Program-made: the position numbers and the translations under genes
Part shown: piece after piece, positions 27,121-36,840 of the stretch
Numbering within the stretch: position 1 is the stretch's first letter
Layout: each line of letters opens with the position of its first letter
Sequence record: SRR31156797_3768
Strand: one strand, 5' to 3'
Length of the DNA: 64,000 bases
The notes under the pieces: model-generated
Seen by the model: only the letters and a program-made list of their open reading frames with translations
Database searches by the model: none
Told to the model about the DNA's origin: nothing

Positions 27121-28861
27121 GTGGCGTTTTCGTTTGTTCAAACATGATTTTTTGATCAATCAGTTGATGCAGCTGTACAGTGTGCTCTTGGTGATCATCT
27201 CCATCATTATTATGCTGGTCCTGACCGCTTATACCGGAGCGGATCGTTTTACTACGAGTGAACGTTTAGTGGAGAGCACAAGCATGCAGCTGGATGCTTA
27301 TGTACAAGACCAAAATACCGTTGTTTCAACGGTACTTGGCGAATTTACTAGTTCAGATACCGCCTTTGAATCATTACGCAACTATTTGCAGCTTTCATTG
27401 CCAGATTATTTTTCCTATAGTAATGATATTTTTCGCCAGACGGGACAAAGTGTTTACTTACCAAATATTCTCTATCGTTTGATTCGTAATCATCCTAGTA
27501 TCGAAGAGATCATCATTCAATTGGATGAAAGCAATGAGACACTAGTGGCAACGCCGGATACACCTTACGGAGAAAAACACAGCGGCAAACAGATTGATTT
27601 AAAAAATCGTCTGTTTTTTGTTCGTTCGATCGCCCAACCAAGTAATTATGCCCAGCCCTTAGGCCAAGTCTACGTGATCTTTCGTTCAGACGATGTTTTA
27701 GCCAATCGACAAGAAGACAACCAAATTCATGGAATCAACAGTTTTTTGTATACCTCAAATGGTCAGCGGCTGTACAAGGATGCCACGAACCTCAGCAAGG
27801 AAACTTTAGCCAAAATAGATCAGGCGGTTGCTCACGGAACCATTCACGACACTCTTTCGAAAGACTTTTATATCAAAAAACAAACCACTGTCAGCGGAGA
27901 AGTGTCCCTGGTTTTGTTGTCAAAAAGGGTGATCTGGCGTGATATTTTTTCTAGTGCCATCTGGATCTTTAGTTTCGGGATCGGGATTCTCTTATTAGTC
28001 CTATGGGTGCTTCATCGCACCTTTAAGCGCTATACATCGCAAGTACAGCAGATCGTCTATGCGACGAAAGAAGTCAGCCAAGGGAATTTTGACAAACGGA
28101 TCGATACCGCCAATGTCCAACAAGAGCTGAAAGAAATCGCAGAAGCCATCAATCAAATGACCTACAGTATCAACGAGTACATCAAAGATATTTACACGCT
28201 AGAGATCAAACAACGGGATGCCGACATGCGGGCGCTGCAAGCCCAGATCAATCCGCATTTTCTGTATAACACGTTAGAATACATTCGAATGTATGCCTTG
28301 AGCCGCAACCAAGAAGAGCTGGCGGATGTCGTCTATGCTTTTTCGGCCCTATTACGGAACAACACGACGCAAGAAAAGACGAAGACCTTAAAAGAAGAAA
28401 TCGATTTTTGTGAAAAATATGTCTACTTGTTTCAGATGCGCTACCCAGATAAGATCGCCTATCATGTAACCATCGATCCGGCATTAGAACAGTTGGAATT
28501 GCCGAAGTTCACACTGCAGCCACTTGTCGAAAACTATTTTGTTCACGGCATCGATTATCAGCGCAATGATAACGCCATCAGTATCAAATCTTATAAAGAA
28601 GCCGGTCAAATCGTGATTGAAGTCAAAGACAACGGCAAAGGCGCAGATCCGCAGCAGTTAGGGATGATTCATGAAGAATTGCAAAATCAGGAGATCGGAG
28701 CCCAAACCTCAATCGGGATCAAAAATGTTCACGAACGGTTGCGGGGCATGTTCAATGGCGCTTATCAAATGGACGTTACGTCTCAAGCAGCCGCTGGGTT
28801 TACGGTCAAGATCCGTCTAGATGAAAACAATTTGCAAAGGGGGCATGAGGCAGATGTATAA
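27113..28861 (+). CDS. YesM-type sensor histidine kinase
   Basis: Two TMs, HAMP, LQAQINPHFLYNTLE, LQPLVEN, DNGKG, IGIKNV; start re-set to 27113. Confidence 0.93.
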   Translation: MTKWRFRLFKHDFLINQLMQLYSVLLVIISIIIMLVLTAYTGADRFTTSERLVESTSMQLDAYVQDQNTVVSTVLGEFTSSDTAFESLRNYLQLSLPDYFSYSNDIFRQTGQSVYLPNILYRLIRNHPSIEEIIIQLDESNETLVATPDTPYGEKHSGKQIDLKNRLFFVRSIAQPSNYAQPLGQVYVIFRSDDVLANRQEDNQIHGINSFLYTSNGQRLYKDATNLSKETLAKIDQAVAHGTIHDTLSKDFYIKKQTTVSGEVSLVLLSKRVIWRDIFSSAIWIFSFGIGILLLVLWVLHRTFKRYTSQVQQIVYATKEVSQGNFDKRIDTANVQQELKEIAEAINQMTYSINEYIKDIYTLEIKQRDADMRALQAQINPHFLYNTLEYIRMYALSRNQEELADVVYAFSALLRNNTTQEKTKTLKEEIDFCEKYVYLFQMRYPDKIAYHVTIDPALEQLELPKFTLQPLVENYFVHGIDYQRNDNAISIKSYKEAGQIVIEVKDNGKGADPQQLGMIHEELQNQEIGAQTSIGIKNVHERLRGMFNGAYQMDVTSQAAAGFTVKIRLDENNLQRGHEADV

Positions 28862-30338
28862 AGCAATGTTCGTTGATGATGAATATATGATCTTGCAAGG
28901 GCTGCAAATGATCTTGCCTTGGCAAGAGCTGGGCTTTGAGGTGGTGCATACAGCGAAAAGTGCTAGTGAGGCCCTCGAGTATCTACAAGAACATTCCGTT
29001 GATTTGCTGATCACGGATATTCGGATGCCAGAAATGAACGGCATCGATATGATCCGCCAAGCGCAAGCGTTTGGGAATCGATTTTTTTCGATCATTCTAT
29101 CTGGTTATCAAGAGTTTGCCTTTGTCAAACAAGGCATGGCGTTAGGTGTGCGTAATTATCTAGTCAAACCTGTTAACAAAGAAGAACTGCGTAGCAGTGT
29201 TCAAGCGATTGCAGCTGAGTTAGAGGAGCAGCAAAAACTGTTGGCAGAAAAAGAACTTTATCAAGAATCAAGCCTGCTGCTTTGGTTGAATGATGAATTG
29301 AACGAAAGCGAGTACCTCCATTTGCTGGCGCAACAGAGGGTGCCGCTAGCAGCCCCCTTTACCGTTTTGCAGTTCAATGGGACTGCCGAGATCTTACAAA
29401 AAATCACGACGTTTTTTCAGCAACACGATCAGCCATTGATCTTACCAGGGCGATTAGATGAAAACCAAGTGATCATTACCGCAGCCGGACCAAGACAGCA
29501 AATCAACGCTGACTTAAAAGCATTAGCCCAGCAACTTAATAGTAAAGACTGGCAGTTGATCATGAGCGAAACCATCAACGAGTGGGAGAATTTGTATAAA
29601 GCCTATGAGAAAATCAAGCAGGTTCAATCGCTGCAAGCCTTCTATCCAGATCTGTTTTTACAAGAACAGACGATCCACGTGGATATATTAGAGCGAAACG
29701 AAGAACTACCGTTTCTATCTTTTAACAAAGCGCTGACCATCGGGGATGTTAAAACAATCCAACATGAGCTAGATAAAATGTTCGCTATTTTGGAACAAAC
29801 CCAAGCAGACCCTGAGCATGTTCGTTATGTTTCTTTTTTATTGTTCAATGATATTTATCGGCAACTGCCGGTGCTTTCCCAAGAAAACCATGAGCAGATT
29901 TTAGCACGAATCCGCGAGTCCAATACATTGGCAGATTTGCGGCAACTCTTTGATGATGTGCTGGAGCTGGCTAAATCACAACCGCCGCAAAAACGTTATT
30001 CAGAGATCGTTCAAAAGACGATCCAGCTGATTGAAGAAGGTTATACCCATGATTTGACGGTCAAATCAGCGGCAGAAGAACTGCACGTTAGTGTTGTTTA
30101 TTTGGGGCAGCTCTTTAAGAAAGAAACGGAAATGAGCTTTAATCAGTATGTCAATCTGGTGCGCATCAAGCAAGCCCAACAGCTGCTGCTTCATTCGAAA
30201 GCCACGATCAGTGAGATCGGGGATCGCATTGGTTACAACAATACCAACTATTTTTCCAAAATGTTTAAGAAATTGAATGGTTTGACCCCCAAAGAGTTTC
30301 GCGATACCTATGAACAGCATTATGAATCCCTTGATTGA
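28854..30338 (+). CDS. YesN-type response regulator (receiver + AraC HTH)
   Basis: VDDE, ITDIRMP, YLVKP; C-terminal YLGQLFKK, IGYNNTNYFSKMFKK; start re-set to 28854. Confidence 0.93.
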   Translation: MYKAMFVDDEYMILQGLQMILPWQELGFEVVHTAKSASEALEYLQEHSVDLLITDIRMPEMNGIDMIRQAQAFGNRFFSIILSGYQEFAFVKQGMALGVRNYLVKPVNKEELRSSVQAIAAELEEQQKLLAEKELYQESSLLLWLNDELNESEYLHLLAQQRVPLAAPFTVLQFNGTAEILQKITTFFQQHDQPLILPGRLDENQVIITAAGPRQQINADLKALAQQLNSKDWQLIMSETINEWENLYKAYEKIKQVQSLQAFYPDLFLQEQTIHVDILERNEELPFLSFNKALTIGDVKTIQHELDKMFAILEQTQADPEHVRYVSFLLFNDIYRQLPVLSQENHEQILARIRESNTLADLRQLFDDVLELAKSQPPQKRYSEIVQKTIQLIEEGYTHDLTVKSAAEELHVSVVYLGQLFKKETEMSFNQYVNLVRIKQAQQLLLHSKATISEIGDRIGYNNTNYFSKMFKKLNGLTPKEFRDTYEQHYESLD

Positions 30339-30445
30339 ATTTAGATTTCTTCAAAAAAAATCCGGTTTTTGTGATTAAATGATAGTAATTGTGACGCTTT
30401 CACGGTAAACTAAGAGAGGAAAAATAAAGAAGAGAGCGTGATGTT

Positions 30446-31045
30446 GTGAAAGAGACCAAAAAATTTGCACAAGTTTTGATAGGTACCGGGCTGATTGCGT
30501 TAGCCATATCCTTATTGATCACTGCCCATCAAGGATATGATACGATCAGTACGTTTTTGTTAGGAATTTTGAATTTTATCGATGTCCCTTTTTGGATAGC
30601 CAGTTTGTGTTTTAACATTGTTGTTTTGTTGATCGTTGCAGTCTTTGATCGTGCCGAATTAGGCATTGGCAGTTTTATCAACGGGATCGGCTTAGGCTTG
30701 TTGATTGGGATCTTTGAACCAGTGATGGACAAAGTATCAATTCATTTGCCTTTCTACCCATGGATCGCTATTTTCGCTGCACCGATCTTATTTGGCATCG
30801 GCGCCGGCATTTACGTTTCTTCCAACAAAGGTTCAGCGGCGTTAGAAGCCTTGACGGCCTTGATCTATAAACGAAGCAAATTGACCCAAAAAACGATCCG
30901 TATCGGCTTGGATGCTGCGATGGTCTTGATCGGTTTTGCGTTAGGCGCCAGTGTGGGGTTAGGTACTCTCTTGTGTATCGTCTTTATTGGCCCAATCTTT
31001 GAAGCCACCATGAAAACCATCGCTGCCCGAAGGAAAAACGCCTAG
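30446..31045 (+). CDS. YczE/YyaS/YitT-like membrane protein
   Basis: Hydrophobic two-fold repeat, GIGS..NG and GASVGLGT...GP motifs; cre-like TTGTGACGCTTTCA at 30389-30402. Confidence 0.75.
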   Translation: MKETKKFAQVLIGTGLIALAISLLITAHQGYDTISTFLLGILNFIDVPFWIASLCFNIVVLLIVAVFDRAELGIGSFINGIGLGLLIGIFEPVMDKVSIHLPFYPWIAIFAAPILFGIGAGIYVSSNKGSAALEALTALIYKRSKLTQKTIRIGLDAAMVLIGFALGASVGLGTLLCIVFIGPIFEATMKTIAARRKNA

Positions 31046-31060
31046 CCTTGAGAATAAGTC

Positions 31061-31091
31061 GGAAAAAGCTGTCTGTGAGGGCAGCTTTTTT
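31061..31091 (+). terminator. Intrinsic terminator
   Basis: AAAAAGCTGTC-tgtga-GGGCAGCTTTTTT. Confidence 0.75.
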
Positions 31092-31233
31092 GCTGCTTCC
31101 ATTTAAGGAAATCATCTGAAGAAAGAGGAATCCTGATTTCCTTAAGATTCTCTGGGTAAAAAAAGTGTTTTCTCCATGGTTCCCGACTGATTGGACTTGG
31201 TATACTGATAAGACGAGTAAAGGAGAAGTGAAA

Positions 31234-32454
31234 ATGAAAAGTTATCGTTCGACGATTGCGGCTTGCTTTGTAGGGTACATCGTTCAAGCCGTGATCAATA
31301 ATTTTGCCCCCTTATTATTTTTGACCTTTCAAAGCCAATACCAGCTACCAATCAGCCAGATAACTTTGTTGGTCAGTTTTAACTTTTTGACTCAGTTAGC
31401 CGTCGATTTTGCAGCAATCTTTTTTGTAGACCGTATCGGCTATCGTATTTCGATCGTAGCGGCGCATTTTTTTGCAGCGATCGGCTTGATTGGTTTAGCC
31501 ATTTTTCCCTTATGGTTTCCGACCCCGTTTAGTGGATTATTAGCAGCGGTTTTGTTGTATGCCATTGGCGGTGGCTTGCTGGAAGTTTTAGTCAGTCCCA
31601 TCGTTGAAGCCTGTCCAACGGAACATAAGGAAAAAACGATGAGCATGCTGCACTCGTTTTATTGCTGGGGGTACGTGGGGGTCGTTTTGTTCTCAACGGC
31701 GTTCTTCATGGTGTTCGGTATTCAACAGTGGCCGATTTTAGCGATCGTCTGGGCGCTGATCCCGTTGGTCAATTTGTTTTTCTTTACCAAAGTCCCGTTG
31801 GCGCCAATCGTTGCCGAAGGAGAACGAGGGTTGACCACTCGGCAGCTCTTTTCCTTGAAAAGCTTTTGGCTGTTTCTGGTGATGATGGTCTGTGCTGGAG
31901 CCAGCGAACAAGCAGTCAGCCAATGGGCATCGACCTTTGCTGAACAGGGCTTAGGTGTTAGTAAGACACTAGGCGATTTGGCAGGACCGATGGTTTTTGC
32001 CTTGATGATGGGGATCTCCCGCTTGCTTTACGGCAAATTTGGAGAACGAATCGATTTGAAACGCTTTATGTTTTTGAGTGTTTTGCTTTGCCTACTGGCG
32101 TATATGATGATCGGCTTTGCTTCATTGCCATTGATCGGGTTCCTTGGCTGCGGCTTAAGCGGTTTTGCCGTAGGGATCATGTGGCCGGGGGTCTTTAGTC
32201 TTTCTGCGCAATACATTCGCAACGGCGGGACGGCGCTATTTGCTTATTTGGCATTAGCGGGAGATCTAGGATGTTCAATCGGACCCGCTGTCGTCGGTAG
32301 CATCGTCGAATGGACGGGACAACAGCTGCAGGTTGGGATTTTAGGTGCGATCATTTTCCCGATCATCTTGCTGGCAGGAATTTATTTGGTTCAACAAATG
32401 CACAAAAAACGACAGCTTCCGTTGCTGGTTTTTCAAGAATCCACAAAAGAATAA
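31234..32454 (+). CDS. MFS transporter
   Basis: About 12 TM segments, FVDRIGYR MFS loop motif; start re-set after AAAGGAG. Confidence 0.88.
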   Translation: MKSYRSTIAACFVGYIVQAVINNFAPLLFLTFQSQYQLPISQITLLVSFNFLTQLAVDFAAIFFVDRIGYRISIVAAHFFAAIGLIGLAIFPLWFPTPFSGLLAAVLLYAIGGGLLEVLVSPIVEACPTEHKEKTMSMLHSFYCWGYVGVVLFSTAFFMVFGIQQWPILAIVWALIPLVNLFFFTKVPLAPIVAEGERGLTTRQLFSLKSFWLFLVMMVCAGASEQAVSQWASTFAEQGLGVSKTLGDLAGPMVFALMMGISRLLYGKFGERIDLKRFMFLSVLLCLLAYMMIGFASLPLIGFLGCGLSGFAVGIMWPGVFSLSAQYIRNGGTALFAYLALAGDLGCSIGPAVVGSIVEWTGQQLQVGILGAIIFPIILLAGIYLVQQMHKKRQLPLLVFQESTKE

Positions 32455-32577
32455 AAAAATTTTGGAGCAAATGCCGTCTTTTCATGGTATTTGCTTTTTG
32501 TTTTCTGAAATTCCTCTAGTCAAGATAGTTTCTATCCGCTATACTTTGACTTATTCATTTAAAAAGGAAGTGATGTT

Positions 32578-33909
32578 GTGAAAAGTCAATTGAAAAAAGA
32601 AATCAGTTTTTTTGGGGCATTATCGACAGTAATGGGAACGGTGATTGGCGCCGGCGTGTTTTTCAAAGCAGCGGCTGTGGTCCAGCAGACCCAATCGACT
32701 GGATTGACCTTGTTGGTTTGGCTGCTTGCCGGCTTTCTAACGATTTGCGGCGGCTTGACCGTGGCAGAGTTAGCGACGGCGATTCCTGAGACCGGCGGAC
32801 CTATTCGATATATCGAAAGAATTTATGGGAAATTACCCTCCTTTTTATTAGGCTGGGCACAAAGTATCATTTACTTTCCAGCGAACGTGGCGGCTTTAAG
32901 TATTATTTTCGCAACACAATGTTTGAACTTATTTCATCTACCTAGCAATTATTTGCTTCCTTTATCGATTTTGACCGGAACGAGTGTGACCTTGATTAAT
33001 CTTTTGGGAACAAAAGCTGCAGCTCAAGTCCAGTCCGTCACCTTAGCAGTCAAGCTGATTCCGATTGCGGTGATTATCGTGGCTGGCCTGATGACACCAG
33101 GGCAAGTATCGGTCTCATTGGTGGATTTTTCTTCCAATACTCAAGGATCCCTTGCAGCTGGTATCAGTAGTGCCCTCTTAGCAACCCTTTTTGCTTATGA
33201 TGGCTGGATGGGGGTCGGCAATGTCGCTGGAGAAATGAAGCGACCCGAAAAAGATTTGCCAAAAGCCATCATCTTTGGGTTGAGTTTTGTTACCTTGGTG
33301 TATGTGTTGATCAATGTTGCCTTTTTAAAAACATTGCCGATCGATCAAATCGCTGGTAATTTGAACAGTGCCTCAGAAACTGCGATGGCCTTGTTCGGCA
33401 GTTTTGGCGGAAAATTGGTCACGATCGGTATCTTGATCTCTGTGTATGGCGCATTGAACGGCTATACAATGACTGGCTTGCGGGTCCCATATGCGATGGC
33501 GTTGGAAGATGAGATTCCTTTCAGCAAGACCTTTGCGACCTTAAGTAAAACCACTAATGCACCCTATGCGGCGGCCTTTTTACAATTAGGGATCGCGTGT
33601 GTCATGATGCTTTTAGGCACCTTTGATCTCTTGACCGATATGCTGGTTTTTGTTATGTGGTTCTTTAGTGTATTATTGTTTGTAGGAGTTTTTCGTTTGC
33701 GAAAAACAGAACCGCAGATGAAGCGTCCGTATAAAGTTCCTTTCTATCCAATCATTCCCTTGATTGCGATTTTAGGCGGCTGTTTTATCTTGATCATGAC
33801 CTTGATCACTGACACGTGGTTAGCAGTCGTGGGAATCGGCGTGACGTTACTAGGAATTCCCGTTTTTTATGGAAAAGCAAAAGGAAAAGCGAGAGGGGCG
33901 AAAGAATGA
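32578..33909 (+). CDS. APC family amino acid permease (SteT/YkbA-like)
   Basis: GTVIGAGVFFK, AELAT.IPETGG, FAYDGW, RPYKVPFYP. Confidence 0.9.
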   Translation: MKSQLKKEISFFGALSTVMGTVIGAGVFFKAAAVVQQTQSTGLTLLVWLLAGFLTICGGLTVAELATAIPETGGPIRYIERIYGKLPSFLLGWAQSIIYFPANVAALSIIFATQCLNLFHLPSNYLLPLSILTGTSVTLINLLGTKAAAQVQSVTLAVKLIPIAVIIVAGLMTPGQVSVSLVDFSSNTQGSLAAGISSALLATLFAYDGWMGVGNVAGEMKRPEKDLPKAIIFGLSFVTLVYVLINVAFLKTLPIDQIAGNLNSASETAMALFGSFGGKLVTIGILISVYGALNGYTMTGLRVPYAMALEDEIPFSKTFATLSKTTNAPYAAAFLQLGIACVMMLLGTFDLLTDMLVFVMWFFSVLLFVGVFRLRKTEPQMKRPYKVPFYPIIPLIAILGGCFILIMTLITDTWLAVVGIGVTLLGIPVFYGKAKGKARGAKE

Positions 33910-34865
33910 AGATCGTTGTACTTGATGGCTATGCGTTGAATCCAGGGGATTTGGCTTGGCAAGGGTTTGAAGAATTAGGAGAGGTGACGGTGTATGATCG
34001 TACCTCATATACAGATAAACAAGAAATTATTGAGCGAATCGGTGATGCCGAAGCGATTTTGACAAATAAAACGCCGATCACCGCTGATGTGCTCAAAGCA
34101 TGTCCGCAATTGACCTACATTGGGGTATTAGCAACTGGATACAATGTCGTTGATTTGGCAGCAGCGAAAGAACAAGGAATCACCGTGACCAATATTCCTA
34201 GCTACAGTACCAATGCAGTGGCACAAGCGACCTTTGCTTTGCTGCTGGAAGTGACGAATCAAGTGGGACACCATAATCGTTCCGTGCATCAGGGAGACTG
34301 GCAAACTAGCAAAGATTTTTCTTATTGGCAGACACCGTTGATGGAATTGGCAGGCAAAACGATTGGGCTGATTGGATATGGTGCGATCGCTCAAGCAGTT
34401 GCCACGATCGCACATGCGTTTCAATTGAAAGTAATCTACTTTAATCATCGACCAAAACCAGCACAAGCGGATTGGGCAAAACAAGTTTCGCTGGCGGAAC
34501 TGTATCAAGAAGCAGATATCATTAGCCTTCATGTTCCACAGTTTCCTGAGACAGAAAAAATGATCGATCGCACAGCATTGGCACAAATGAAATCTTCTGC
34601 GATCCTGATCAATACCGCCCGTGGCGGCTTGATCGATGAAGCGGCAGTTGCTGAAGCGCTGAAAACCGGGCAGATCGCAGCCTTGGCGGCAGATGTCGTC
34701 TCGAAAGAACCGATTGCAGCGGACAATCCCTTGTTGCAAGCACCAAATTGCTATTTGACGCCGCATATCGCTTGGGCGCCAGTCGAAACCCGACGTCGTT
34801 TGATGGGGATCGCTGTGGCGAACTTAAGCGGCTTTAAAGCAGGTACAGCGCAAAATGTCGTGTAA
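33906..34865 (+). CDS. D-2-hydroxyacid dehydrogenase (glycerate dehydrogenase / hydroxypyruvate reductase-like)
   Basis: VLDGYALNPGDL, LATGYN, GYGAIA, INTARG, TPHIAWA; ATGA overlap with the permease stop. Confidence 0.9.
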   Translation: MKIVVLDGYALNPGDLAWQGFEELGEVTVYDRTSYTDKQEIIERIGDAEAILTNKTPITADVLKACPQLTYIGVLATGYNVVDLAAAKEQGITVTNIPSYSTNAVAQATFALLLEVTNQVGHHNRSVHQGDWQTSKDFSYWQTPLMELAGKTIGLIGYGAIAQAVATIAHAFQLKVIYFNHRPKPAQADWAKQVSLAELYQEADIISLHVPQFPETEKMIDRTALAQMKSSAILINTARGGLIDEAAVAEALKTGQIAALAADVVSKEPIAADNPLLQAPNCYLTPHIAWAPVETRRRLMGIAVANLSGFKAGTAQNVV

Positions 34866-34880
34866 GCAAAACGAGCAATT

Positions 34881-35010
34881 AAAAGGACTTTGACAAAGCA
34901 GGCGACTAGCAAAGCAGTTAGTCTCGCCAACACAGTAACCATTTCGACCAGTCAGCCAGCCTCACAAGGTGATTGGTCGTAGGACTGGTGGTTTGTCTAA
35001 GTCTTTTTTT
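34881..35010 (+). other. Branched RNA structure ending in T7 (terminator or attenuator-like)
   Basis: Outer stem 34881-34897/34992-35007; inner hairpins 34901-34928 and 34945-34979. Confidence 0.5.
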
Positions 35011-35033
35011 GCTGAAAAAGAAAGGAGACGGTC

Positions 35034-36065
35034 TTGAAAAAGTATTATTATCTAGCGGCCTTTGTTAGCTTGCTGGTCTTGAGCTGGCTGATCCAAACCC
35101 AAAGCAGTCGCTTTTATACACAGCCGATCATAGAAGTACAAACGGTTCAAGTCACCGCCGACCAGCAGCAGATTCAAGGGATCCTTCGCAACGGAGAAGA
35201 AGCTGGGGCACTGCGGACAGTCACTACGCAATACACCCCCAACGGTGCGATTCATCCGTTGTATCAGAACGGACAACAGCTGCTTTTGCAAAAAGAAGGG
35301 GATGGCTGGCAGGTACAAGCACAAAAACGGGATGGGTATCTCTTTTTCTTCCTTGCCTTATTCCTGATGGCAGTAGTCGCAATTGGTGGCAAAAAGGGCT
35401 TACGGGCTTTGCTTAGTATCTTTGTGAATACTGGCTTGCTGCTCCTTTTTCTTTGGTTTCACAAAGGCAACAGCTCCTTTTCATTGGTCTTTTTGATGAT
35501 CGTTTTTACGATCGTCTCGTTGGTTTTGACGATGGGGATTTCCTATGGCTTTCGTACGATCGACAGCCGCAAAATCATTGCCTCGTTAGCCAGCGTCCTC
35601 TTGGCGTTTTTTCTCTGTCGGTTCGCCATGGATCTTTTGCAAGATCATGGGTTGCGCTATGAAGAAATGTCGTTTCTGACCCGTCCGTATCGCAGTGTCT
35701 ATCTAGGGAGTCTGCTGATTGGCGCGATTGGTGCCAGCATGGACAATATCGTCATGCTGATTGCCAGTTTAGATGAGATCCAACGCATCAATCCCCAGAC
35801 GAGCCGCAAGGAACGATTAGCGATCGGTCGGTCCATCGCGCAAGATACGACTTCTTCGATGATCAATGTCTTGTTGTTTGCCTATTTAAGTGGGAGTATG
35901 CCAGCGCTATTGTTTTACCTAGCCAATGGCTGGCTGCTTTCGCAAGCATTGCCGATGCATCTTTCTTTAGAAATAGTGCGTACAGTATGCGGCGGCTTTG
36001 CGTTGGTTTTATCGGTACCGTTGACGCTTCTATGTTTTGAAGTGCATAGGAGGAAAGCAAAATGA
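35034..36065 (+). CDS. YibE/F family membrane protein (long partner)
   Basis: IGAIGASMD, MINVLLFAYLSGSMP, LSVPLT motifs; TTG start with AAAGGAG. Confidence 0.82.
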   Translation: MKKYYYLAAFVSLLVLSWLIQTQSSRFYTQPIIEVQTVQVTADQQQIQGILRNGEEAGALRTVTTQYTPNGAIHPLYQNGQQLLLQKEGDGWQVQAQKRDGYLFFFLALFLMAVVAIGGKKGLRALLSIFVNTGLLLLFLWFHKGNSSFSLVFLMIVFTIVSLVLTMGISYGFRTIDSRKIIASLASVLLAFFLCRFAMDLLQDHGLRYEEMSFLTRPYRSVYLGSLLIGAIGASMDNIVMLIASLDEIQRINPQTSRKERLAIGRSIAQDTTSSMINVLLFAYLSGSMPALLFYLANGWLLSQALPMHLSLEIVRTVCGGFALVLSVPLTLLCFEVHRRKAK

Positions 36066-36823
36066 CTGTTTTGTTTGTGTTGATCTTGCTTTTTCTCTTG
36101 CTGACTTTCGCTGTTTTTCGGATCGAAGGGCTGTTTCAAGTCACTGGTCTGTTTATGAATGTGGCTGTCTTTCTAGCGCTTCTGGTCCTGATTGACCGAG
36201 GGGCACCGATCATACCAGCGGCTTGTGTTGCCTTTTTAGCCGTGGCGGCGATCACCTTGTTTTTCGTGAATGGCGTCAATCAGAAAACCAAAATTGCCTT
36301 TGTCTGTGTGTTGGTCTTTCTAGGGCTTTTTCTACTATTATTTCCTCTTGTGCTCTCTGCAATGAATCTTCATGGGTTTTCGGCAGAGGAACTCGATGAG
36401 TTGGCGATGTATTCCTTTGATGTAGCTATCGATTTTAAGACATTGATGACTGTGATCATTTTGATGAGTTTTTCGGGGGCGGTGGCAGATGGGAGTATGG
36501 CGATCAGCACTGCGACCTATGAACTTTTTCAAGCAAACCCGCAAGTCTCAATCAAGGCATTAAGTAAAAGTAGTATGACAGTGGTATCAGACGTATTGTC
36601 TTCGACGATCAATACCTTATTGTTTGCCTTTATGGGAAGTAATCTGGCGTTGATTGCGTGGTTTCAAGATTTGTCGATCTCCTTTGGTGAAATGATCAAT
36701 TCAAAGGCGTTCGTCTCAGAATTGATCGTTTGTTTGATCACGGGGCTGGCAGCGGTGATTATTTTACCCATCACCGCATGGGCAGCAAGTTGGTATTTTT
36801 TGAAAAGAAACCGAATGGAATAG
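36062..36823 (+). CDS. YibE/F family membrane protein (short partner)
   Basis: SGAVADGSMAIS, TINTLLFAFMG, ILPITA; ATGA overlap. Confidence 0.82.
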   Translation: MTVLFVLILLFLLLTFAVFRIEGLFQVTGLFMNVAVFLALLVLIDRGAPIIPAACVAFLAVAAITLFFVNGVNQKTKIAFVCVLVFLGLFLLLFPLVLSAMNLHGFSAEELDELAMYSFDVAIDFKTLMTVIILMSFSGAVADGSMAISTATYELFQANPQVSIKALSKSSMTVVSDVLSSTINTLLFAFMGSNLALIAWFQDLSISFGEMINSKAFVSELIVCLITGLAAVIILPITAWAASWYFLKRNRME

Positions 36824-36840
36824 GAAGGAGCGCAACCACC

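Noticed and set aside
34128-34766. Long antisense or overlapping ORFs in the track (for example 212 aa here, 21240-21872, 43640-44176, 3824-4651)
   Set aside because: They shadow well-supported genes on the other strand, lack RBSs and have non-protein-like composition.
34901-34990. Fluoride or NiCo riboswitch before yibE/F (GGCGA...TCGCC; GCAGGC)
   Set aside because: Lacks the fluoride GAUG and CUAAUGAC..CUAC elements and the NiCo four-way junction signatures; kept only as an unassigned structure.
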